A stretch of 64,000 bases of DNA from the IMG/VR virus record IMGVR_UViG_3300034073_002131, positions 34,029-98,028 of that record. One strand, written 5' to 3'. The position numbers and the translations under genes are program-made. The notes under the pieces are model-generated. The model made no database searches. It was not told the origin of the DNA and saw only the letters and a list, made by a program, of their open reading frames with translations. This document shows positions 55,363 to 64,000 of this stretch, piece after piece. The stretch is from a virus. Every line of letters starts with the position of its first letter. Position 1 is the stretch's first letter.

Positions 55363-55611
55363 TTACTCCTTGTAGTGTGCAAGTACGTTAATGGCCTCTA
55401 GCTGACCCCAAGTCAAAGCAAACCTCTGCCCATCCAGCTCGCAGTCAAAGCCCTCGCCATTCTGCCACTCGGTCAGGTAAAGTTGCTTGTCCTCACTCAT
55501 GTAGCAGTACTTGTCTAAGTCTAGTTCACGTGCAGTAACTTGGTAGGTTTTAATCATGTTTGTTTCCTCATCAATATATAATATTATAGCACAAACAAAA
55601 AGGGCATTCAA
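55363..55611 (-). CDS. Hypothetical protein (start likely MIKTY)
   Basis: LTEWQNGEGFD motif; promoter overlaps the upstream extension. Confidence 0.6.
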   Translation of the reverse strand: MNALFVCAIILYIDEETNMIKTYQVTARELDLDKYCYMSEDKQLYLTEWQNGEGFDCELDGQRFALTWGQLEAINVLAHYKE

Positions 55612-55646
55612 GCGAATTATTTTTCGCCTAAATGCCCCTCAAGTGC

Positions 55647-56033
55647 TTACAGCTGAATCCAGTCAATCTCGTGTTTGTACCAAACACTCTCCATGCCATC
55701 ATACTCGTGTATAAAGAACTTTTTATGACGGTCTACCCAACATACTTCTAGCTTTTGCATATCATGGATTTCAAGACCCTCTAGCAGATTAGTGCATTCT
55801 AGCTCAGCAATCTCCTTAGCTAAATCTAGGGCATCTCCCCAAAAACCCTCATCAATAGCCCTGCATAGCTTGGCATCTACACACAACCTCCAGATACCGT
55901 GCCGGGTAAACCAACCACCGCCATACGCTCCACTAACCAGCACAGCAACTTGACCTTGTTCGTTTATGTAGTAATTACCCACGGTATGCCCACTCCTTAA
56001 TCTGAATTCTAGCTTGATCAATAGCTTCCTCAC
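55647..56033 (-). CDS. Conserved phage hypothetical protein
   Basis: VAVLVS..YGGGW...IHEYDG.E. Confidence 0.6.
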   Translation of the reverse strand: MRKLLIKLEFRLRSGHTVGNYYINEQGQVAVLVSGAYGGGWFTRHGIWRLCVDAKLCRAIDEGFWGDALDLAKEIAELECTNLLEGLEIHDMQKLEVCWVDRHKKFFIHEYDGMESVWYKHEIDWIQL

Positions 56034-56187
56034 AGTGTGGTAGTGGCCCCCTATAGCTGTCTAGCAATACCTGATCTACTCTAGCCAGTAGAACATGAAT
56101 AAACCACTCGGTAGGTTCTACATTAAGTGGAGCTTGCATACGACTATCGGTCCACATCTGATACACTTCTTCACTTAGCTTGTTCAC
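55975..56187 (-). CDS. Hypothetical protein
   Basis: Coupled ORF. Confidence 0.45.
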   Translation of the reverse strand: MNKLSEEVYQMWTDSRMQAPLNVEPTEWFIHVLLARVDQVLLDSYRGPLPHCEEAIDQARIQIKEWAYRG

Positions 56188-56500
56188 TGCAGTGCCATCC
56201 CCGTTGAGATTTGATTACTAGACCCCCGCGTTTCCAGCAGTCTTGGTGCGGGTCTAGTTGATACCTAATAAAATTGCCCACAACTGCTAGGGACACTAAC
56301 ACAAACATTATTGCTAGTGTCCACTTAAGTATGGTTTTATTTTTCATTATTTATAGTTTTTAATCCGCGGTTGTAGGCTACATAGTCGATAAGGAGAATT
56401 AAGGCTAAGAGGCTAGAAAACTCGAGAGGTTTGTCTAAGACACTAATGCCTAGAGTATTAAGTAACAAGCCTAGCATACCGTATAGCAAAATATTTAAGA

Positions 56501-56755
56501 TCATACCATATCCATGTTGTGATACTTGTTGAGACCCTTGAGTAGCTCGGGGTTAACAATAGGCTGATAAGCACCCTTAGCAAGCGGAACTACACAGTGT
56601 GTTTGTTGGCGAGCTTTACGTTCGCCGCATTTAAGGCACAGCTTGCTGATCCTGAGATAGCGCTCGCGCGGCACGTCGTCTTGACACTGGGGATTAACGC
56701 AGAAAAACATTTGTGTTATTCCTTTATTTGATTTCGTAAAGAATATATTATACAC
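56501..56755 (-). CDS. Zn-finger small protein (DksA/TraR-like Cys pattern)
   Basis: C...C...R....CLKC; P..KGAYQ. Confidence 0.55.
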   Translation of the reverse strand: MYNIFFTKSNKGITQMFFCVNPQCQDDVPRERYLRISKLCLKCGERKARQQTHCVVPLAKGAYQPIVNPELLKGLNKYHNMDMV

Positions 56756-56771
56756 GGCTAGTCATACATAA

Positions 56772-56978
56772 TCAAGTGCGAATTCCTAGAGTTTTTTCTA
56801 CTTCTTGTTTGGCTACTTCAGGGCTAAGAAATTTACCTAATGTACGACCCTCAGCCATAGCAATCCAGTCCGTACTATGTAATCCAGGCCTCATTACGTG
56901 GGCCTGAATATGATTCCAACTATCTTTAAGAACCCAAGTAGCATTTACTAAAAAATGCCAAGTAAATTTTTCATTCAT
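56772..56978 (-). CDS. Hypothetical protein
   Basis: Coupled ORF. Confidence 0.5.
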   Translation of the reverse strand: MNEKFTWHFLVNATWVLKDSWNHIQAHVMRPGLHSTDWIAMAEGRTLGKFLSPEVAKQEVEKTLGIRT

Positions 56979-57342
56979 CTCTATTCATTGCCTTTTTAAG
57001 CATATAAACTAAGTTAGTAATAGTTTGTTTGTAGTTATTAATACTAGCACGCTGGCCCGGCAACCAATCGGGTCTAAGTGTAAGTGCTAGTTCATCATCT
57101 TGTGTAACAATAATAGGTTTTTGTGTACCGTCACTCCATCGAAGCCTGTAGCACTCTAAGATCACAGTTTTAGGTTCGTGCAAGGTAGTAGCATCTGCAT
57201 CAGTCATCCAAGTATTGCTAAGTGGTTCTTGGACTGCTACACGTACTCTGCCCTGCCGTTCCATTTGTTCTACTAGCCATAGGGGTAAGTCTAGGATTGT
57301 GATAGGTTCAAAGTCCCGGGTATAAAGTACTATGTTCACCAC
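56971..57342 (-). CDS. Hypothetical protein
   Basis: Coupled ORF. Confidence 0.6.
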   Translation of the reverse strand: MVNIVLYTRDFEPITILDLPLWLVEQMERQGRVRVAVQEPLSNTWMTDADATTLHEPKTVILECYRLRWSDGTQKPIIVTQDDELALTLRPDWLPGQRASINNYKQTITNLVYMLKKAMNRDE

Positions 57343-58127
57343 AATCTCCTGTAGATGTCAACTACACGGTGTAGCTGCTGTTTATCTTCGGCTAGGTGGG
57401 CTTTTTCCAGTTCATTAAGCTCGTCTAGCATTTGTTCTACCCGAGCCCGAGTATCCTCGTCATAGTCTTTGCTAAGAAAGCCCTTACCTTTACGGCTTGC
57501 CGACCATTGGGTCCATCCAGTAACCTCATAAGGATCAGGACGATTGGGTCGCACCTGAGTCCACCATATATACAGCTCTTTAATCTCACGAGCAGCGTGT
57601 GCTTGATCTGGACTCTCGTCTCCGAGCTGGATCTCCCAGTCTAAGTAGTCTAGGCCTGCTTGAGCACACCGCCAACCGCGTGGATAAGGCCACCTAAACA
57701 TCCACCAAGGTACCCTATACTTAGTACGACTTTCAACATCCCAGCGTACTTGATCTAATGCTTTATCAATCTCTACAAAGTCCACTAGTTCGCTCATTAT
57801 GCAGGGTAAGAGCCTGTCACAAAAATCCCAGCCCGTTCCGGGCTTAATGTGTTGTTTATGCGATCTGAGCACATGCATAGGTCTTTGCCAGCGAGTATAC
57901 CACCAGTATACTAGGGCATCAATTTTTTCCGGAATCCAGTAAACTATGTCTTGTAGCTTTTGTAAACCAGTTTCAGCAATCCAATAGCGGACCGGATGTT
58001 TGCTCTTAGCCTCGGTATGCCAGTGATCCCAAGCATCCCACTCTAGGGCTGTTGGCTTAGCAATACCACGAATCCGATCTGCTAGTGGTGTACAAGACCA
58101 GTGTTCGGATCTCATGCTCGACTCCAA
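57336..58127 (-). CDS. Conserved Trp-rich phage hypothetical protein
   Basis: 263-aa ORF; ELVDFVE, GLDYLDW, AREIKELY.WW..RP.R.DP. Confidence 0.7.
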   Translation of the reverse strand: MESSMRSEHWSCTPLADRIRGIAKPTALEWDAWDHWHTEAKSKHPVRYWIAETGLQKLQDIVYWIPEKIDALVYWWYTRWQRPMHVLRSHKQHIKPGTGWDFCDRLLPCIMSELVDFVEIDKALDQVRWDVESRTKYRVPWWMFRWPYPRGWRCAQAGLDYLDWEIQLGDESPDQAHAAREIKELYIWWTQVRPNRPDPYEVTGWTQWSASRKGKGFLSKDYDEDTRARVEQMLDELNELEKAHLAEDKQQLHRVVDIYRRLW

Positions 58128-58312
58128 GTGTGCGCGATCTTAACAAAAACACCAGCTATGCAGAGCAACCAAGCACCAGTAAACTTTGTAGAGTCCCAGT
58201 CTAGTACAACGGAATTACCAAACATAATTAATGACCACAAGTCAACAACTCCTACTAATATGGGTAGGAATAGTAATAGGGCTATTAGGTTAAATAGAAT
58301 ATTCTTTACCAC
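58112..58312 (-). CDS. Small membrane protein
   Basis: Two hydrophobic segments. Confidence 0.5.
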   Translation of the reverse strand: MVKNILFNLIALLLFLPILVGVVDLWSLIMFGNSVVLDWDSTKFTGAWLLCIAGVFVKIAHTWSRA

Positions 58313-59268
58313 TTAGCTTCTCCTGGAATAAGTTTACGGTACTGAATCCATCCACAAAAATTGCCACTCCATAGTTGACCATGCCTGTCCTGGTGCGATA
58401 TACCAATACGCTCTAGAGTATCCCATGTAGTAATAGGAGTAGCTTGATGCTCAACTGGACTGGCGTGTGCAGGTTTTGATTCAACCAGTTGATCGTATAT
58501 ACGAATAGCTTTGGCTAGGGAAGTATCCTGCTTACGGTAGCTTACCTGCGCACAGCAACTAGCACTAATCTTAATAGCCTCTTGCAGCTTGATCTCTAGA
58601 CCTGTTTGCTCGTCTAAGAACATTTGAGTATGATTAGCAGCACGAGCCGATTTAACGTAAGGTAGATGCCAGTCTTCTGAATGTAGAGGTTTAGGCTGCG
58701 ATGCTTTGTATAGTCTGTGCATTATGTGGGCCAGTTCTCGGAATTCGGGCTGTGCATCCGTATGATCTCGCAACCAGAAGAAGTTTTCCCACTCTGTGGC
58801 AGTTACTACAGTTTTAACAATTTGAAATGGTTCTGTTAAACGGTTAGTAATTTGCTTGTGTACATCAAAGTCAGCTAGAAGTCTGCTGTATCTGAGTGCG
58901 CTATCACGAGCTTCCATCCAAGTTAGTCTAGCATAGTTTTGCATATCTGGCAGGATTTCTTCATCTGCTTGCATACCTGCTTTATTCTGACCCCAAGCCA
59001 CAGGGGCTGCAGTATTGTCACGAATGTGTTGGTGCATTTTTTCAACAGGAATTGCTCTAGAACTAGCAGTATTACGTGAAAGCATACGGTGAGTATTAAA
59101 CTCGGCTAAAATAAAGCGAGGATACTCAATCTCAAAAGTAGTAATACGATGTTGAGTAGGAGTATAAATACTGTCTAGGACAACGCTGGCACTTATGCCT
59201 TCACGACCCCTACAAGTTATAAGGTGTTGTGAGTTAGTCGTTTCTATGGTAAAATTATTTATTTGCAT
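58306..59268 (-). CDS. thyX: Flavin-dependent thymidylate synthase (phage type)
   Basis: EFNTHRMLSRNTASSRAIP, HKQITNRL, LRDH..AQPE, HASPVEHQATP. Confidence 0.85.
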   Translation of the reverse strand: MQINNFTIETTNSQHLITCRGREGISASVVLDSIYTPTQHRITTFEIEYPRFILAEFNTHRMLSRNTASSRAIPVEKMHQHIRDNTAAPVAWGQNKAGMQADEEILPDMQNYARLTWMEARDSALRYSRLLADFDVHKQITNRLTEPFQIVKTVVTATEWENFFWLRDHTDAQPEFRELAHIMHRLYKASQPKPLHSEDWHLPYVKSARAANHTQMFLDEQTGLEIKLQEAIKISASCCAQVSYRKQDTSLAKAIRIYDQLVESKPAHASPVEHQATPITTWDTLERIGISHQDRHGQLWSGNFCGWIQYRKLIPGEAKW

Positions 59269-59269
59269 T

Positions 59270-59695
59270 TTAGTAGTAAAATGTATGCCGACCTATAGTA
59301 GCCAGCTTTCGGTGATGCCAACGTGGACGAACTGTGTGGTTGTGAAAGTATAGTGCAGGAAAGTGTCGGGCATATTCATGTGCAAACTCTTGTGCAATAA
59401 GTGCTACCAGCATACTGTCATTCCAAGCAGTTTTATCAGTTACTCTAAGTTGTTTATTTTGAGTCCACTGAAATTGTCCTGGCTGATAAACTACTTTGCA
59501 TATAGTATTAGGAAACCGCCAATGTTTAGCACGATTTATAGTAGTTATAGCAACTGCCATCTTACCGTGCCAAGGTTCGCCACGGGCTTCATGATAAATA
59601 TTACGAGCCAAGCATTGTGTTTCCGTATCCGCTTGTTTTGCCCAAGCACCAGAAATTAGCACTGCGCCACACAACACAACAAAAAACTTTTTCAT
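59270..59695 (-). CDS. SleB-like cell wall hydrolase (Hydrolase_2)
   Basis: CLARNIYHEARGE...NR...ICKVVYQ..QF.W...IG.H.FY. Confidence 0.9.
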   Translation of the reverse strand: MKKFFVVLCGAVLISGAWAKQADTETQCLARNIYHEARGEPWHGKMAVAITTINRAKHWRFPNTICKVVYQPGQFQWTQNKQLRVTDKTAWNDSMLVALIAQEFAHEYARHFPALYFHNHTVRPRWHHRKLATIGRHTFYY

Positions 59696-59734
59696 TTGAG
59701 CCTCCTGGGTAGATTGCTCAAATCACACACTAGT

Positions 59735-59881
59735 TTAGTCTACAATTTGCCATACTTGCCAGTTCTTTCGTTTAATTCGGTGAAGATCAATTCGGTTCTT
59801 GTAACAATGAAGCCACGCATCTAGATAGAATAGGAATTCGTTAGCCAGAAGGGGTACTTTGTCCATTTTTACGATTTGCAT
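59735..59881 (-). CDS. 48-aa hypothetical protein
   Basis: Manual translation MQIVKMDKVPLLANEFLFYLDAW... Confidence 0.4.
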   Translation of the reverse strand: MQIVKMDKVPLLANEFLFYLDAWLHCYKNRIDLHRIKRKNWQVWQIVD

Positions 59882-60073
59882 TTTTGGTGTGATTTGGTAA
59901 AGGTTGGTGATAGTTCTAGCCTATATAACGACGACTAGATTCTATATTATATCCTATCAACAAAAATAAATCAAGTCCGAAATATAACCAGGTCTTGGGC
60001 AGGCAACAAAAATTTTGTATTGCACAAGGTTCTGCTAGAGTGCTATAATTATAAAAATTGTGGAGGATTTACT

Positions 60074-60256
60074 ATGCAAACAGATTACACTAAAAATCTA
60101 GAACAGGTTATTAGGCAGGAGCTACTTCCCACATACTTAAAGTATAATAGGGAACACACCATAGAAACAAGTCCAAAAGTAAATGAACTTATAGAAACAC
60201 TTGCTATTCGTCGTGAACAGCAAGTTCCTGCACTATTTAAACCACCAAAAAAGTAG
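60074..60256 (+). CDS. Hypothetical protein
   Basis: GGAGG SD before MQTDY; promoter TTGCAC...TATAAT. Confidence 0.6.
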   Translation: MQTDYTKNLEQVIRQELLPTYLKYNREHTIETSPKVNELIETLAIRREQQVPALFKPPKK

Positions 60257-60293
60257 CGTTGACATAGTCTTCCACAAATGCTATAATATTACT

Positions 60294-60478
60294 TTGCGTG
60301 GTGTTACAGGATTTGACCACGAACTGCTAGTTGCAAGAAACAACTCAAATGCCGTAATCCGCTATAAAATCTGGACAGTACACAGTCTGGAGGTACAAGC
60401 AGGATGCCACACTATAATTCCTGTGTACAGGTAAGTGTACCCCCGCGGCCAAGTTCTCTAACGAGACTTGGCCGCCTT
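60294..60478 (+). ncRNA. Candidate small RNA with GGA motifs
   Basis: TTGACA-17-TATAAT at 60259-60287; strong hairpin 60445-60478; no SD-led ORF. Confidence 0.45.
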
Positions 60479-60938
60479 TGTCTATACTATAACCATGACA
60501 ACCATAAATTTTTCACAAACACCACTATACTCCCAACAAGACGTAGAAAAAATGAAACAGGCTGTTGAAACCAGTCTGTTTTTTGGCGGTCCTACTTGGC
60601 AAGAAGCACCGCCAAAACCACAAGGGACTGCACTAAAGTACGATAGTCACAAAGCTCCAATGAGTCTACTTAGCAGTGAAGCACTACATCAAACTGCAAT
60701 GGTCTTAGCATTTGGTAAAGAAAAGTACGCTGCACATAACTGGCGCAATGGATTTGAGTGGTCACGCCCACTAAGTGCAGCACTACGTCATATCTTAGCC
60801 TTTCAAGACGGTGAAGATCGTGACCCTGAGTCGGGACTAAGCCACTTAGCTCATGCTATGTGCTGCCTTATGTTCCTCCTAGAATTTGAAAAAACACACC
60901 GTGAACTCGATGACCGTTGGAAGCCTGAAAATAAGTGA
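60468..60938 (+). CDS. dATP/dGTP diphosphohydrolase domain protein (DUF5664-like)
   Basis: KYD..K...L...VL.FG..KY..HNW..G...A.RH......GE..DPESGL.HLAHA. Confidence 0.85.
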   Translation: MAAFVYTITMTTINFSQTPLYSQQDVEKMKQAVETSLFFGGPTWQEAPPKPQGTALKYDSHKAPMSLLSSEALHQTAMVLAFGKEKYAAHNWRNGFEWSRPLSAALRHILAFQDGEDRDPESGLSHLAHAMCCLMFLLEFEKTHRELDDRWKPENK

Positions 60939-61137
60939 ACTAGTAAAACGCCTAGAGCGTACTCGTGTTCCACTTAAAAAAGTATGCGATGAACTTGACC
61001 TAGACTATGACAGCATAGTTAGCATGGATATTGGTATAGAGCAGTGTACGCACTGTAATATATGGTCTAAAAGACTAATCTTAGACCTAGATCAAAACCC
61101 AATCTGTAGTGTTTGCAGAGACATTGCAGGTATGTAA
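60886..61137 (+). CDS. Small Zn-binding protein
   Basis: CTHC...CSVC. Confidence 0.55.
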   Translation: MKKHTVNSMTVGSLKISELVKRLERTRVPLKKVCDELDLDYDSIVSMDIGIEQCTHCNIWSKRLILDLDQNPICSVCRDIAGM

Positions 61138-61140
61138 ATA

Positions 61141-61215
61141 CTGGCCGTCGTTCAACGGATAGGACAGCATTCTTCTAAAGTGCGAATGGGGGTTCGATTC
61201 CCTCCGGCCGGGCCA
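61141..61215 (+). tRNA. tRNA-Arg (UCU)
   Basis: Cloverleaf, anticodon loop CTTCTAA, GGTTCGATTCC, encoded CCA. Confidence 0.93.
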
Positions 61216-61285
61216 AATATTTTAGTCTTGACCCTAAGGCTCAATAACTGTATAATATTTATTCAATAATCAAACTGAGACAATC

Positions 61286-62143
61286 ATGCGAGTTCATGTC
61301 GCTAGTGACCTACACATTAACTTTGATACTGGACGCGATCCGCTAGTCTTGCCCGGGGGTGATTTACTCTTACTGTGCGGCGACGTTATGGAGGCTGGAC
61401 ACATTCGCCTAGCCCAAAACGTGGGACGTGGTCAGAGTACACTAGATACCTATAGGCATTTTTGTGATACCCAGCTTACCAAGTACGATCAAGTTCTGTA
61501 CGTATTTGGTAATCACGAATACTACCAGCATGACTTTAGTACCGCTCGTGAGCGTATTGAGCCCCTACTACCGCCCAATGTAACTATTCTCCAAAATAGT
61601 TATGTAAAGGTTGAGGACTACCTCATCTGGGGTGCCACCTTGTGGACAGATAATAATGGTGGTAACCCAACAGTTAAGTACGCTATTCGTGGAGCTATGA
61701 GCGACTACCAAGTAATTAAACACGAACCGGCTAAGCTTGTTGATGGAGTTGGTGGTAAATACTGGACTAACAAGTTTTCACCGGACGACAGTGAACAAGA
61801 ACACTTGTACAGCCGTGCCAGGCTTGAGGAGTTCCTCTTAGCCTACCCAAGCCATAAAACTATTGTTATGACTCACCACGCTCCTCACTACGAGTCAATT
61901 GCTAGTGAGTACCGTGACCACGTACATGGTTATATCAACCATGCCTACTACAGCGATCTTACTAGAATCATGATAGATAATCCGCAGCTTAAACTGTGGT
62001 GTCATGGTCATGTACATACTATGAATGACTATCAAATTGGTAGTTGCCGTGTAGTCAGTAATCCCAGAGGTTACGCTGGCTATGAGCAACAGGCTGAAAG
62101 ATTTGACAAAGCCTCAAAGTTTGCGACTATTGAACTGGAGTAA
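61286..62143 (+). CDS. Calcineurin-like metallophosphoesterase
   Basis: SDLH, GD, GNHE, THH.P, HGHVH, NPRGY. Confidence 0.9.
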   Translation: MRVHVASDLHINFDTGRDPLVLPGGDLLLLCGDVMEAGHIRLAQNVGRGQSTLDTYRHFCDTQLTKYDQVLYVFGNHEYYQHDFSTARERIEPLLPPNVTILQNSYVKVEDYLIWGATLWTDNNGGNPTVKYAIRGAMSDYQVIKHEPAKLVDGVGGKYWTNKFSPDDSEQEHLYSRARLEEFLLAYPSHKTIVMTHHAPHYESIASEYRDHVHGYINHAYYSDLTRIMIDNPQLKLWCHGHVHTMNDYQIGSCRVVSNPRGYAGYEQQAERFDKASKFATIELE

Positions 62144-62145
62144 CC

Positions 62146-62328
62146 ATGACCGACTTTGAAGTGCATGAGCGGGGGACACACAGAGAACTATTTCTAAGCC
62201 GACAACTTGCCCGAGAAATTGAGCAAGTCATCGCTCAGTACGGAGCTGTAGTACCTAAACAAGTTCTAGATAAGTATGAGTTGTTAAAGGCGCACTATGA
62301 CTACCAACGACAGTGTGAAATGCTGTAA
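62146..62328 (+). CDS. Hypothetical protein
   Basis: GGAG SD; DFEVHERG. Confidence 0.55.
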   Translation: MTDFEVHERGTHRELFLSRQLAREIEQVIAQYGAVVPKQVLDKYELLKAHYDYQRQCEML

Positions 62329-62512
62329 CGGTGATTGTAATCAAGGCAGAGATTGTCCCCTACGTAAAGAGTTACGTAGTCGTCCCCTAAACTGGAAAGC
62401 TGCGTGGCATAACTTTGTAAATGCTGGTAGTTTTACCATAACAGAGCGGATTGTACTAGTTGGGTCTAGTATACTAATAATGACTTGGTTATATTCTCTC
62501 TTGAATTACTAA
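62297..62512 (+). CDS. Small Cys-rich membrane protein
   Basis: CCNGDCNQGRDCPLR plus C-terminal TM. Confidence 0.55.
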   Translation: MTTNDSVKCCNGDCNQGRDCPLRKELRSRPLNWKAAWHNFVNAGSFTITERIVLVGSSILIMTWLYSLLNY

Positions 62513-62552
62513 ACCAGCCGTGCTATAATATTCTTTCATTTGGAGAATAAAC

Positions 62553-62741
62553 ATGGCAGGCTATACCCGTGAATTTTTACTAGAATGTTTTGCGAGCCGT
62601 TATGAACCACTGGGACTTGAAGCCACAGAAAAGCAGTACAAACTGGCTAGGGAATTCTACGACCAAGTCGGCAAAGACAAATTCCGAGTCTACGCTAGCT
62701 TGGACGCCGAAACAATCCGCAACTACAAAAACAGACGATAA
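62553..62741 (+). CDS. Hypothetical protein
   Basis: GGAG SD, promoter upstream, coupled to uvsE. Confidence 0.6.
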   Translation: MAGYTREFLLECFASRYEPLGLEATEKQYKLAREFYDQVGKDKFRVYASLDAETIRNYKNRR

Positions 62742-63742
62742 TGTTCAAACAATACCCACGAATTGGTTTTGCTTGCAAGATTCAAGAAAGCCATGATAAA
62801 GCAGCTCCAGGTCTAAACACTGGCACTACCACAATTACTTGGCTAAACAATCAGACCCGTGATGTAGCTGTGGCTAAGCTGTGGGGCATTCTTGACAAGA
62901 ATACAAATGCCGTTCGTAAACAGCTTGACTGGATCAGCAAACTGCCACCAAGTCAACGTATGTTTCGCCTCAGCAGCGATCTGCTTCCAGCATACACTCA
63001 TGACGACTGGTCGTGGTTTTACTGGCAAGGGGGTGTTGTCAGTGAACTAGAAGCTCGATTTGCACAGATAGGTGACCTTGCCAGACAACACGATATTCGC
63101 CTTAGCTTTCATCCAGGACAATTTTGTGTACTAGCTAGTGACAATCCTGAAATTGTGGAGAATAGTATTCAGGAGTTTGAGTACCACTGCGATCTTATCC
63201 GTTACATGGGATACGGCCGTGAGTTTCAAGACTTTAAATGCAACGTGCATATTGCAGGTAAACAAGGCCCGGATGGCATTAAGCGTGCAATGACTAAGTT
63301 GAGTCGTGAAGCTCGTAATACACTAACCATTGAGAATGCCGAGTTTACATGGGGCATTGATGCTAGCCTAGAACTAGTAGATACTTGTGCTCTTGTACTA
63401 GATATTCACCATCACTGGATTATGAGTGGCGAGTATATCGAGCCCCAAGACCCTCGTGTGCAGCGACTATGGGAATCTTGGCGTGGTGTCCGACCAGTCA
63501 TCCACTACAGCTTGAGTCGTGAAAATGTGGTGGTAGATCACGATGCTCAAACCAAGCCCGAGCTGAGTGAGCTGCTCCAGCAAGGTTTTACCAAAGCCAA
63601 GTTGCGAGCACATAGCGATTATTACTGGAATGAGGAGTGTAATCGCTGGGCAGCAAGTTTTTCTCCTTATGCTGATATTATGCTAGAGGCTAAAGAAAAG
63701 AACCTTGCCCAACAGGGTTTTGTCAAGCAAATGAAAATTTAG
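62741..63742 (+). CDS. uvsE: UV damage endonuclease
   Basis: RIGFAC, RLSSDLLP, RLSFHPGQF.VL.S, LTIEN, DIHHH, HYS, AHSD, EAK.K. Confidence 0.9.
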   Translation: MFKQYPRIGFACKIQESHDKAAPGLNTGTTTITWLNNQTRDVAVAKLWGILDKNTNAVRKQLDWISKLPPSQRMFRLSSDLLPAYTHDDWSWFYWQGGVVSELEARFAQIGDLARQHDIRLSFHPGQFCVLASDNPEIVENSIQEFEYHCDLIRYMGYGREFQDFKCNVHIAGKQGPDGIKRAMTKLSREARNTLTIENAEFTWGIDASLELVDTCALVLDIHHHWIMSGEYIEPQDPRVQRLWESWRGVRPVIHYSLSRENVVVDHDAQTKPELSELLQQGFTKAKLRAHSDYYWNEECNRWAASFSPYADIMLEAKEKNLAQQGFVKQMKI

Positions 63743-63874
63743 ACTTGCCCTAGCCCGGTATTTGTGATATAATATTATTATAATGTGAATGGGGCGGCTA
63801 ACGCTGCAAAAGCTCAACAAGCGTCAGCTTGGGGTACATGAGCCACAACGATTAAATCCTTAGATCGTTACCAT

Positions 63875-63957
63875 GCCCAGGTGGTGAAATTGGTAGACAC
63901 GCTGGTCTTAGAAGCCAGTGCTTCGGCGTGACGGTTCGAGTCCGTCCCAGGGCACCA
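63875..63957 (+). tRNA. tRNA-Leu (UAG)
   Basis: Class II cloverleaf, anticodon loop CTTAGAA, GGTTCGAGTCC, CCA. Confidence 0.93.
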
Positions 63958-64000
63958 TACTAGAGCATATTGGCACAGTAATATTTTAGCTCGGTGAAAG

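Noticed and set aside
60296-60436. tmRNA (GTGTTACAGGATTTGAC resembles its 5' end)
   Set aside because: No T-arm/CCA 3' end and no tag peptide ending in AA
63875-63957. Amber suppressor tRNA / stop-codon recoding
   Set aside because: Anticodon TAG reads CTA (Leu); a suppressor would be CTA. ORFs are intact in the standard code

Overview
This window is part of a lytic T5-like (Demerecviridae-type organisation) siphophage genome. The host is probably a beta- or gammaproteobacterium (inference from sigma54, SlmA-like and Fur-like sites). 1-43.8 kb (minus strand) is the late region: terminase, HNH nuclease, portal, a fused prohead protease-major capsid ORF, neck and tail genes, a tail chaperone pair with a -1 frameshift, a 2751-aa tape measure, atypical tail-tip proteins, many fibre/LamG proteins, spanins with a GH19 endolysin, and PhoH. 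About 43.85-49.7 kb (plus strand) resembles the T5 pre-early/first-step-transfer segment, with A2-like proteins, a HAD phosphatase, an exonuclease and zincins. Its intergenic spaces are built from a recurring kit of apparent host-protein binding sites: orphan hairpin-embedded sigma70 promoters, four sigma54 -24/-12 sites, three SlmA-like sites, a Fur box, and OmpR/RstA-like and LysR-like boxes. At 50.2-50.8 kb a roughly 580-nt structured non-coding transcription unit contains a complete hammerhead ribozyme. 51-64 kb holds early genes: many small ORFs including a paralogue array ending FGVE, ThyX, a SleB-like hydrolase, a dATP/dGTP diphosphohydrolase, a metallophosphoesterase, UvsE, two tRNAs and a candidate sRNA. 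All assignments come from motif recognition by eye; no searches were run.
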